Made by a program: the position numbers and the translations under genes. A stretch of 64,000 nt of DNA from Candidatus Poribacteria bacterium (GTDB lineage Bacteria; Poribacteria; WGA-4E; WGA-3G): contig CAXXLX010000001.1 of NCBI GenBank assembly GCA_963665235.2, forward strand, positions 4,000,001 to 4,064,000, written 5' to 3'. This document shows positions 1 to 8,905 of this stretch, piece after piece (the stretch's first letter is position 1; each line of letters begins with the position of its first letter). The notes beneath the pieces are model-generated. The model was not told the DNA's origin. It made no database searches and was given only the letters and a program-made list of their open reading frames with translations.

Positions 1-230
1 TTCTGTACACGCTTCGCCTGTGCACCGAGCGTGCCATCAAGTGAGACAGGTAACCCAATAACAATCCGTTCTACCTTATGGATAGACACCAAATCCCCAA
101 TCACCATTATATCGCGTTGCCGATTCGTCCGGGTCAAAGTGCAGAGTGGATGTGCGCCAACGCCGAGCACATCAGTAATCGCCACGCCAATCCGAACATC
201 ACCGACATCCAATCCGAGTAAAACTGCCAT
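1..230 (-). CDS. ruvX: Holliday junction resolvase-like RNase H-fold protein RuvX/YqgF (5' part; runs off window)
   Basis: Manual translation from ATG at 230: MAVLLGLDVGDVRIGVAITD...VERIVIGLPVSLDG, which has the GLDxGxxRIGVA and IGLP motifs of YqgF. Confidence 0.9.
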   Translation of the reverse strand, partial: MAVLLGLDVGDVRIGVAITDVLGVGAHPLCTLTRTNRQRDIMVIGDLVSIHKVERIVIGLPVSLDGTLGAQAKRVQ

Positions 231-296
231 ATTCTGTCGATGCTCCTTTTTATGAAAAACCTTTTCCCGCTTATCTGATTTCTATACACTGTTAAA

Positions 297-325
297 ATTT
301 TACACAAAAAATCTGGCAATGTCAA
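297..325 (-). promoter_or_regulatory. sigma70-type promoter for ruvX
   Basis: TTGACA-17 nt-TAAAAT on minus strand. Confidence 0.6.
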
Positions 326-337
326 GACAAATATTAT

Positions 338-1663
338 GGGGTGTGTAAAATTTTTGTACTTAAACGTGAGTTTGAAAATAAATGTCCGTTTTCTCTATAA
401 ATATATCGTCCCTACGGGACTAGGGGTTGGGGAAACATCTGCTTCTATAAATATATCGTCCCTACGGGACTAGGCGTATCGGGGCGACATGTTTAATGTG
501 AACGCCAGACAAGCTAGCCCCAGCGGGGGGGTTGGGGAAACATCTGCTTCTATAAATATAGCGTCCCTACGGGACTAGGCGTATCGGGGCGACAGGTTTA
601 ATGTGAACGCCAGACAAGCTAGCCCCAGCGGGGCGGTATCTTTATAGAAAACACAAAAACACAACACAAGCTAGCCCCAGCGGGGGGGTTGGGGAAACAT
701 CTGCTTCTATAAATATATCGTCCCTACGGGACTAGGCGTATCGGGGCGACAGGTTTAATGTGAACGCCAGACAAGCTAGCCCCAGCGGGGCGGTATCTTT
801 ATAGAATACACAAAAACACAACACAAGCTAGCCCCAGCGGGGGGGTTGGGGAAACATCTGCTTCTATAAATATATCGTCCCTACGGGACTAGGCGTATCG
901 GGGCGACAGGTTTAATGTGAACGCCAGACAAGCTAGCCCCAGCGGGGCGGTATCTTTATAGAAACATCTGCTTCTATAAATATAGCGTCCCTAAGGCGTA
1001 TCGGGGCGACAGGTTTAATGTGAACAGACAAGCTAGCCCCAGCGGGGCGGTATCTAGCCCCAGCTAGGGGGGGTTGGGGAAACATCTGCTTCTATAAATA
1101 TATCGTCCCTACGGGACTAGGCGTATCGGGGCGACAGGTTTAATGTGAACGCCAGACAAGCTAGCCCCAGCGGGGCGGTATCTTTATAGAATACACAAAA
1201 ACACAACACAAGCTAGCCCCAGCGGGGCGGTATCTTTATAGAAGCACAAGTGCCAGACAAGCTAGCCCCAGCGGGGCGGTATCTTTATAGAAAACACAAA
1301 AACACAACACAAGCTAGCCCCAGCGGGGCGGTATCTTTATAGAAGCACAAGTGCCAGACAAGCTAGCCCCAGCGGGGCGGTATCTTTATAGAAAACACAA
1401 AAACACAACACAAGCTAGCCCCAGCGGGGCGGTATCTTTATAGAAGCACAAGTGCCAGACAAGCTAGCCCCAGCGGGGCGGTATCTTTATAGAAAACACA
1501 ACACCCTAGCTCATAATCACAAACCTTCTATTGCTACGCATCTTAAAATCCGCGAAATCCGATAAATCCGCGATTCAGACAACACCCCCGAAATTCACGC
1601 TTCCAATCCCCTTCCAATCTTCCATCCTTCCCTCTATCATAGTACAAAAACTTTACACACCCC
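338..1663. mobile_element. Putative MITE-like element bounded by 23-bp inverted repeats and enclosing a REP array
   Basis: GGGGTGTGTAAAATTTTTGTACT (338-360) vs AGTACAAAAACTTTACACACCCC (1641-1663), 1 mismatch; no clear TSD. Confidence 0.5.
393..1500. repeat. Complex REP/REPIN-like array of two related hairpin units in inverted orientation
   Basis: Recurrent CTATAAATATATCGTCCCTACGGGACTA and TAGCCCCAGCGGGGCGGTATCTTTATAG (approximate reverse complements of each other) joined by a few reused linkers. Confidence 0.9.
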
Positions 1664-1884
1664 CAATTGCTAATGACGTTGATAAATTATACAGATTTTG
1701 CTATAATTTATCCATAAAAAAGTAATTCTAATCAAAAATTTTAAAATCTGATTGATAACAACATCTCGGCAATTCCGGTGATTATGGAAAGATTGGCACT
1801 TTTTGGCGTTGAACTTGCTAACGCTGAGTACGATAGCGTCTAATTTTTTACTATCTTTTTTAGCAGATAGCGTCTCTATTAAGA

Positions 1885-2012
1885 TAGCAATTGGCAATTA
1901 GCAATTAGCAAGAAAAAGAAAACAAAGAGAAAGAGGTTTTTGACGCGCGTTAGAAACCTGCTTAGAATCTGAAACTCTTGCCAATAGCCAACAGCCAATA
2001 GCCAACAGCCAA
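1885..2012. repeat. Dispersed heptamer-repeat element (AATTAGC...CCAATAG family)
   Basis: Similar to 7070-7197, 15034-15160 and 41690-41930. Confidence 0.7.
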
Positions 2013-2027
2013 ATTAATACGGAGGAA

Positions 2028-2696
2028 TTGAAAGTGAAAAGGATTAAACAAATTTCGGAGCAGATTCGCGAAAATATAGACCGGTTCTTTGTTGAGGCAG
2101 CAGATAATAGGTTTGCTATCGATAAAGTTATCACGGATATGAGGCAGCGGATTTCAGAAGCGAAAAACCTCGTGGCGGAAGCGGTAGCAGAGGAACGCCG
2201 CTTAGCGAAAGCTTATCATGAAGCGGTCGTCATTGCGAAGCGATGGGGTCAAAACGCGGAAGAGGCCTTACGGAATACCGATACGGAGCTAGCAAACGTT
2301 GCACGTCAACGGCAGCACCGGCAGGAAAATGCCGCAAACCGCTATAAAGACCAGTTAGTCGCACAGCAGGAGATAGTGATACGTTCTAAAACCGCACTCA
2401 AAGATTTTTACGAAAGGTGCCAACGGGTCAAAAACCGTGCCGAATTGCTGCATCAACGTCAGAAGCAGGCAGAAACACGGGTTGAACTCTATAAAGCATT
2501 GGCAGAATTTAATCAATATGATGAAGATGCTGTGCTTGAACGAGCAGAACAGAAATTAGCAGCGACAGAAGCCACAGCCGCGATTTGGGAGGAACGGAAT
2601 CGCCGGACCGAACCACAGACAGAGACAACTGACACCGATTTCAACCTAGACGAAGCCCTCGCTGAACTCAAAAGCGATGTACTCGGTAATAGATAA
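2028..2696 (+). CDS. PspA/IM30 family protein
   Basis: 222-aa coiled coil, Ala/Glu/Gln-rich, ends LDEALAELK; GGAGG RBS. Confidence 0.8.
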   Translation: MKVKRIKQISEQIRENIDRFFVEAADNRFAIDKVITDMRQRISEAKNLVAEAVAEERRLAKAYHEAVVIAKRWGQNAEEALRNTDTELANVARQRQHRQENAANRYKDQLVAQQEIVIRSKTALKDFYERCQRVKNRAELLHQRQKQAETRVELYKALAEFNQYDEDAVLERAEQKLAATEATAAIWEERNRRTEPQTETTDTDFNLDEALAELKSDVLGNR

Positions 2697-2702
2697 CCGG
2701 AC

Positions 2703-3482
2703 ATGATTCAGACAACAAGCCTTACGAAATACTTCGGAAAACTTTGTGCAGTTGACACCTTGACCCTGCACGTTGACGCTGGTGAAATCTTCGGATTTCT
2801 CGGCCCGAACGGTGCCGGAAAAACGACAACCATTAATATGCTAACAGGGTTGCTTCAGCCGACATCTGGAACAGCAACGCTCGCGGGTTATGACATTCAA
2901 ACGCAAAGTTTAGAAGCGAAATCCATCCTTGGGTTGATGCCTGATACACCGCAACTCTATGAAGCATTGAGTGGGCGGCAGTTCGTTCGACTGATTGCCG
3001 ATTTGTATGAGGTGCCCCCGGAGCAGTCGGAGGCTGAGATGGGGGTCTTACTCGAACAATTAGAGCTCACGGATGCTGCCGATGATAGAATCAAAGGGTA
3101 TTCCTACGGTATGCAGAAGAAAATTCTCCTGATTTCTGTGTTGGTCCATCACCCACGCATCCTTTTTCTGGATGAACCGACAAGCGGTCTCGATCCGAGG
3201 AGTGCCCGCACCGTTAGGGAAATTTTGCGTGAACGATGTGAACAGGGTTGCACCGTGTTTATGACGACACATATCTTGGAAATTGCAGAGCGGCTGTGTA
3301 ATCGGGTCGGCATTATCAGCAAGGGCCAACTTCTCGCCCTTGGCACTTTAACCGAATTACAGCAGAAACGTCAGCAGACGCAGGATGTAAAAAATAAACT
3401 GCAAGCAACACAAGATACGGGAGGCGAACAGCAATTTACAACACTTGAGGATATTTTCCTTGAGCTTACCGAAACCGATTAA
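2703..3482 (+). CDS. ABC transporter ATP-binding protein
   Basis: Walker A GPNGAGKTT, signature YSYGMQ, Walker B ILFLDEPT, H-loop TTH. Confidence 0.95.
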   Translation: MIQTTSLTKYFGKLCAVDTLTLHVDAGEIFGFLGPNGAGKTTTINMLTGLLQPTSGTATLAGYDIQTQSLEAKSILGLMPDTPQLYEALSGRQFVRLIADLYEVPPEQSEAEMGVLLEQLELTDAADDRIKGYSYGMQKKILLISVLVHHPRILFLDEPTSGLDPRSARTVREILRERCEQGCTVFMTTHILEIAERLCNRVGIISKGQLLALGTLTELQQKRQQTQDVKNKLQATQDTGGEQQFTTLEDIFLELTETD

Positions 3483-3504
3483 CGTTGAAAATGCACAGGA
3501 GATA

Positions 3505-5151
3505 ATGCGGACATTTCTAACACCGACAAAAATTTTAATTAAGGCGGCTTTGCAAGGGTGGCGCAACACGCTTAAGGGACATTCGGAGACACGACGCCGG
3601 CATCTTCTAAAAGGGATTGGTTATCTCATCTTTATTGTAGCCTTATCAATGTTAGGTCACTCCATATTCAAACATTTACAATTGACAAATGCGGACCCCG
3701 CGCTTGTGTTCAATATCCTTAACGGATTCATGATTTTCGGGGTTATCATTGTCGTCAAAGATTTGATGGAGAGTTCCCTAAAAATTCTGTATGAGGCTCC
3801 GGACAGCGCACTGTTACGGACCTTGCCGATACAACCCGTTTCGATTTTCGGCTTTAAGTTTGTCCATCTGACTGTGAGCCGTTTTATGAGTATACTCTGT
3901 TTCCTAGGGCCGCCGTGGGTGATATTCGGTGTAGTCTATGACCTGCCGTGGCATTTTTACGCTGCGTTATTTCCGGCGTATCTATGCCTGCTAATCATTC
4001 TCGCAAGTCACGTGACCGTTGGTATGCTGATAATTGCGCGTTTTTTTTCATCAGGGGCACTGTTTTCCACCCTGAAGGTGGTGGGCATCGTGATAGGTGT
4101 TACCGTTGGTTTTCTCCTATCTCTTACGCTGCTTTTTCAATTTGATTCAATGCAGATAAAGCAATATTTTCTCGAGTGGGCCTCCACGAAAACGGTGCAT
4201 GGCGGAAATTCGCTCACAGCTACAGCGTGGTTTCCGCACCAATGGATAGGCAAATTGATGTTCAGTTGGTCCCCAGCAGCCGAGACAGGGGCACGTCTCC
4301 GGTGGGGTCTTCTACTTATCGGGGCAAGTTTTGGCTCCGTGTGTCTTGCGACGTTCATGGCACTGCTAATTTATTCGCGGGGTTGGGAGAACATCAAGCA
4401 GTTGCAGACTAAGCGGAAGCCAGCTCGCGCTCCAGGGTCAAAACTGCGTGCTATCGCTCCGACATTCGGGCGCGGAAAAATGTCAGCGATGATACTAAAA
4501 GACTTCATCGTCTTCATCAGACACAGCGGCCGTTTCATAGCGATTCTGATGCTAACACTCTTTTTGGCACTCCATATCGGTGTCTTACTTGCACAAGGTA
4601 ATGTAGGAAATGTCAACGATGCCAAAGTTATCGCTGTCCAGGTTGTACTTTACAGCATTCTTATCTCATTAGGGTTAAGTTGTAGTGGGTTTCGCGAGGA
4701 AGCAAAAACGTGGTGGATGCTAAAATCCGCGCCTGTCACATCCCAATTAGTGTTTAGCAGCAAATTCTTAGCGACGTTTCTCTCAGGTGTAATTTATGCG
4801 GAATTCTGGATGCTGATAATTGTAAACCTGCTCCAAATTCCCGCAGGTCTCTATACACAGCTGCTGCTAATGCCGATTGTAACACTGATAGCAGTGAGCG
4901 CATTGAACACGGCGGTCGGAACCCTGCCGTGGATGGCAAATCTGACAGATGAGCCAAAACCGCTGCTGCGCGGCTTAACCTTTCTAGGCACAATCATTGT
5001 AGACATAGGCCTAGTTATCATATCAATGATTGCTTTCGAGCGTCCAAGTATCATCTGGTTTGTTGGATTGTTAGTACTTCTATCAGGTGTGTTTGTTATA
5101 TCTTATAGGTGGGGAACAAACAATCTCCACAAATTATTAGCCGCTCGGTAG
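3505..5151 (+). CDS. ABC-2-type exporter permease
   Basis: Many TM helices; follows the ATPase; AGGAGA RBS before ATG 3505. Confidence 0.8.
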   Translation: MRTFLTPTKILIKAALQGWRNTLKGHSETRRRHLLKGIGYLIFIVALSMLGHSIFKHLQLTNADPALVFNILNGFMIFGVIIVVKDLMESSLKILYEAPDSALLRTLPIQPVSIFGFKFVHLTVSRFMSILCFLGPPWVIFGVVYDLPWHFYAALFPAYLCLLIILASHVTVGMLIIARFFSSGALFSTLKVVGIVIGVTVGFLLSLTLLFQFDSMQIKQYFLEWASTKTVHGGNSLTATAWFPHQWIGKLMFSWSPAAETGARLRWGLLLIGASFGSVCLATFMALLIYSRGWENIKQLQTKRKPARAPGSKLRAIAPTFGRGKMSAMILKDFIVFIRHSGRFIAILMLTLFLALHIGVLLAQGNVGNVNDAKVIAVQVVLYSILISLGLSCSGFREEAKTWWMLKSAPVTSQLVFSSKFLATFLSGVIYAEFWMLIIVNLLQIPAGLYTQLLLMPIVTLIAVSALNTAVGTLPWMANLTDEPKPLLRGLTFLGTIIVDIGLVIISMIAFERPSIIWFVGLLVLLSGVFVISYRWGTNNLHKLLAAR

Positions 5152-5234
5152 GAGCGTGCTGCGCACGCGACCCTTCCTCGGTAGGAACGTGCTTCGCACG
5201 CGACCTCTTCGGTAGGAACGTGCTTCGCACGCGA
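5148..5234 (+). repeat. Three tandem GTAG-type REP hairpins
   Basis: GTAGGA(G/A)CGTGCT(G/T)CGCACGCGA x3; the first overlaps the permease stop codon. Confidence 0.85.
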
Positions 5235-5266
5235 TAGGAATGCACGCACCGCGTGCCGTCACGATT

Positions 5267-5776
5267 ATGTTAATAGAATATCAAGGCATAATACCACATG
5301 TGCACCCATCCGTTTTTGTTGCCCCGGGAGCAATGCTCATCGGCGATGTAACAATAGGTAAAGAATCAACCGTCTGGTTTAACTGTGTGCTCCGGGGCGA
5401 TTTGGAACCGATTCAGATTGGGTGTCGCACAAACATTCAGGATGGAACAGTGATACACATGGACAAAGAGCTTCCGTGTGTTATCGGCGACGATGTCACA
5501 ATTGGACATGGGGCAATTTTGCACAGCTGCACCATCGGTAACGAGGCATTAATCGGGATGGGTGCAATTCTCCTAACAGGGTGCACAATCGGTGAACGCG
5601 CTATTATTGCAGCAGGAACACTTGTACGCGAAGGCCAAAAAATTCCGCCTGGTACAGTTGCAATGGGAGTGCCCGCAAAAGTGCGGAGAGAAACCACCGA
5701 AGCCGAGTTCGAACGCGTTCGGCAGGGCAAAGAAGATTATGTCCTACGCGGCAAAATAATGCAAAATAGCCTATAA
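5267..5776 (+). CDS. Gamma carbonic anhydrase family (YrdA-like) hexapeptide-repeat protein
   Basis: VLRGD, NIQDG, IH, IGHGAILH motifs. Confidence 0.92.
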   Translation: MLIEYQGIIPHVHPSVFVAPGAMLIGDVTIGKESTVWFNCVLRGDLEPIQIGCRTNIQDGTVIHMDKELPCVIGDDVTIGHGAILHSCTIGNEALIGMGAILLTGCTIGERAIIAAGTLVREGQKIPPGTVAMGVPAKVRRETTEAEFERVRQGKEDYVLRGKIMQNSL

Positions 5777-5932
5777 TAACCTAAGTTGCCACATAGTAGC
5801 ATAATCTTCCAGATTGTGCATATTTGTGTGCAAATTGGAAGTGAACGGGACAAATATTAGCTCATTATCGGCATATTTTCATTAAAGACGGTGTTTCCAA
5901 GTCTAAAAACTTATAAGTAGCAACTTGGGTTA
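5777..5932. mobile_element. MITE family A (156 bp) carrying one GTAG REP
   Basis: TIR TAACCTAAGTTGC / GCAACTTGGGTTA; TAA duplicated on both sides (the left copy is the upstream stop codon); second copy at 15194-15788. Confidence 0.88.
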
Positions 5933-6028
5933 TAATAGCATAAACCCAAGCAACGCGCCGGGCTGGATATATGGCGAGGGAGGTTTTTCATGAAACCTGC
6001 CCTATCAAACCGAAAGGAAATATTAAAA

Positions 6029-7069
6029 ATGGCGAAACATAAATGTTTAATGATTGGTGGAAGCGGTATGGCTGGCGGTTGGATACACAACTTCAGAAAC
6101 AATTTCAGCGACCGCGTCGAAATTGTGGGGTTAGCAGATGTGAAAACAGATGTCCTTAAAAACCAAGGCGAGGCGTTAGGACTCAGTTCTTCACAACTTT
6201 TCACCGATTTTAACGAAGCGTGTGCAACGGTCAAAGCAGATTTTTGTGGTGTCGCAACCCCGCCGCAATTCCATAGTCCCGCCGCAGTTGCAGCGATGGA
6301 AAACGGCATGCCCGTTATCTGCGAAAAACCGATTGCCGACACGTTAGACGCTGCCAAAGCGATGGTACGCACATCACAGAAAACCGGATTGCCGTGTGCT
6401 ATCATCCAAAACTATCGCTACGCCAATAATAAACAGGAACTAGTCCGTATCCGTGAGGAAGGCAAATTAGGACGACTCCAACATATTGTCGGCAGATACG
6501 CCTGCGATTATCGGCGTTATCTATCGTGGGGTGTGGATTGGCGGCACGATATGGATTTCAGTCTGCTTTTTGAGGCATCAGTACATCACCTAGACATGCT
6601 CCGATTCCTCTCCGGCGGGGATTGTGAAACCTTGGTAGGATTCGGATGGAACCCCGAATGGTCCAGTTTTAAGCATTATTCCAGCGGATACTATTTGATG
6701 CGGATGGACAACAGTGTCCACGCCTCTTACGAGGGAAACAGTTCCGCAGCAGGCATCATCAATTGTTGGAATGGCGAACACTACCGCGCCGAATTTGAGG
6801 AAGGCACCGTCGAAATCGCAGGTGGAAACCAGATGACCATCCATCGCGTCGGCGGTGAAAAAGAGGTGTATGAGGCGCCCGGTATCCCATATTATGCCCA
6901 TCAACATCTGTTCGATGAATTTTTAAATTGGCTTGATGGCGGCAAACCTTCGGATACACGGATTGAAGACAACATCAAAAGTTTTGTTCTCGTCATCGCT
7001 GCGATGGAAACGTCGGTTGATGGACAACCGAAGCATATCGCGGACTACCTGAGTGACCTGTCAATTTAG
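6029..7069 (+). CDS. Gfo/Idh/MocA family oxidoreductase
   Basis: IGGSGMA Rossmann motif, ICEKP, HHLDM; alternative start at 5990. Confidence 0.92.
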   Translation: MAKHKCLMIGGSGMAGGWIHNFRNNFSDRVEIVGLADVKTDVLKNQGEALGLSSSQLFTDFNEACATVKADFCGVATPPQFHSPAAVAAMENGMPVICEKPIADTLDAAKAMVRTSQKTGLPCAIIQNYRYANNKQELVRIREEGKLGRLQHIVGRYACDYRRYLSWGVDWRHDMDFSLLFEASVHHLDMLRFLSGGDCETLVGFGWNPEWSSFKHYSSGYYLMRMDNSVHASYEGNSSAAGIINCWNGEHYRAEFEEGTVEIAGGNQMTIHRVGGEKEVYEAPGIPYYAHQHLFDEFLNWLDGGKPSDTRIEDNIKSFVLVIAAMETSVDGQPKHIADYLSDLSI

Positions 7070-7197
7070 TAATTAGCAATTAGCGAATGGCGATTAGCAA
7101 TTAGCAAGAGGTTTGTGATTCTAAGAACATATCTGCTGCGCGTCAGAGTCCTCTTTCTCTTGCTAATGGTTTCCAATAGTCAATAACCAACAACCAA
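7070..7197. repeat. Dispersed heptamer-repeat element (empty allele of the 41720 insertion)
   Basis: AATTAGC repeats plus core; reverse complement matches 41690-41890 without the MITE. Confidence 0.75.
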
Positions 7198-7511
7198 TGC
7201 ACAACAAACCACCAGAAATACCGCGTGTCCTCGAGGACATTCCTGAAGCGGAGCAGCATGTCCTGCTTGAAAAATTAGCACAGTGGATTGTCCGGCGAAA
7301 TTTGACCGCCCCTGCTATTCTATTTTTAGAGACCGGCAAACCGCTCAATTTTTTAGGCTCCCAACTTTTAATAGCCTTCAGTCCTTTTGTGCAGGCATTT
7401 TTTCGTGGGGACCGGTATCATAAAATCGCGCTTATTCTTGAAAAAGATGAAAACGTCGAATTACTCATACAACTTATAGAAAAATCTGAGGGAGGTAAAG
7501 GAGAAACCTAA
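7197..7511 (+). CDS. Hypothetical protein, translationally coupled to E2
   Basis: 104-aa ORF (APAILFLE..KPL..LGSQ); TAATG overlap with the next gene. Confidence 0.75.
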   Translation: MHNKPPEIPRVLEDIPEAEQHVLLEKLAQWIVRRNLTAPAILFLETGKPLNFLGSQLLIAFSPFVQAFFRGDRYHKIALILEKDENVELLIQLIEKSEGGKGET

Positions 7512-8875
7512 TGGCCGTAGAACTGAGAATGCTCCAAATGGATCAGACCATGACCAAGGGAAAAATTGGCAAATGGCTCGTTAAGGAGGGGGACACCGTG
7601 ACGCAAGGACAACCCCTGCTAGAGATTGAAACAGATAAAGTTGTCCATGAACAGGAATCCCCCGCTGACGGTGTTATTGCCCAATTGCTTCCTGAGGAGG
7701 GCAGCGATGTCCCTGTCAACGCCCTATTAGCCATTATCGCGGCACCGGGCGAGGAGGTGGAACGCGTTGAAGTAGCAGAGGAGCCACCGTCTGACGCGCC
7801 AGCGCAGCCTACTGCCACACCTGCCGCTGCAACGAAAACAACCGTTCAAGCTGCCACGACACCTATTAAAAGCACACTGCCGAGCGTAAAAGCATCCCCC
7901 GCTGCGCGTCAACTTGCGGACAAACTCAGTATCGACTTAACGCAGGTGAAAGCCTCTGGACCTGGCGGTCGTATCCTTGAAAGCGATGTCCATCGACACA
8001 TTGAGTTGAGAGCACCGGCTTCAGCGGAACCGGCGCGTCTCAAAGCATCCCCGCTTGCGCGCCGATTAGCCAAGGAATTCGGGCTAGACCTCACCTCACT
8101 TAACGGTTCAGGGCCCGACGGTAGGATTGTTCGGGATGATGTGTTGCAAGCTGCTGATGAAATACCCGCTCAAGTGTTCCGGACTGAAACGCCAGAAGTT
8201 ATTGAACTTAGCAGCATCCGAAAAATTATCGCCGAACGGATGACGATGAGCGTTCAAACCAACGCAAGTGTCACACTTCATACCGAGGTTGACGCGACAC
8301 CCCTTGCCGAATTACGCGAACTTTTCAACGAAAAATTACAGGGGCAAGCGGTGAATCTCAGCTACACGGACCTGTTAGTCAAGATTGTTGCCAATGCCTT
8401 ACGGGAGCATCCTCGTCTCAACGCGACCCTCACAGATGAGGGAATTCACCAGTTAGCAGATATTAACATCGGGGTTGCAGTCGCATTAGAAGATGGGCTT
8501 GTTGTGCCGGTTATCCACCACGCGGATAAGGCGGGGTTATCCGCAATTTCTGAACAGATAAAAACCTTAGCAGAGAAGGCACGCAACAATCAATTGGCCC
8601 CCGGCGCACTTCAAGGCGGCACCTTTACCTTGACAAATCTCGGTAATTTCGGCGTAGATGCGTTTACGCCTATTATCAACCCGCCTGAATGTGCTATCCT
8701 TGGAGTCGGTCGGCTTCTCAAGAAACCGGTCGTCCACAACGATGAGATAGCGATTCGGCGCATGTTGACACTCAGTTTGACGTTTGACCATCGTGTTGTA
8801 GATGGCGCGCCTGCTGCACAGTTCCTGCAAACGGTGTCTCAATTTATACAGAACCCGTATCTTCTGCTTGTTTAA
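7511..8875 (+). CDS. 2-oxoacid dehydrogenase E2 dihydrolipoamide acyltransferase
   Basis: Lipoyl ETDKV, two ASPxARxLA subunit-binding domains, catalytic DHRVVDG. Confidence 0.95.
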   Translation: MAVELRMLQMDQTMTKGKIGKWLVKEGDTVTQGQPLLEIETDKVVHEQESPADGVIAQLLPEEGSDVPVNALLAIIAAPGEEVERVEVAEEPPSDAPAQPTATPAAATKTTVQAATTPIKSTLPSVKASPAARQLADKLSIDLTQVKASGPGGRILESDVHRHIELRAPASAEPARLKASPLARRLAKEFGLDLTSLNGSGPDGRIVRDDVLQAADEIPAQVFRTETPEVIELSSIRKIIAERMTMSVQTNASVTLHTEVDATPLAELRELFNEKLQGQAVNLSYTDLLVKIVANALREHPRLNATLTDEGIHQLADINIGVAVALEDGLVVPVIHHADKAGLSAISEQIKTLAEKARNNQLAPGALQGGTFTLTNLGNFGVDAFTPIINPPECAILGVGRLLKKPVVHNDEIAIRRMLTLSLTFDHRVVDGAPAAQFLQTVSQFIQNPYLLLV

Positions 8876-8905
8876 TCTGAATCGCAGATTGACTTCATTA
8901 TCCAT

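Noticed and set aside
1140-1500. CRISPR-like repeat-spacer pattern
   Set aside because: Only two short spacers alternate.
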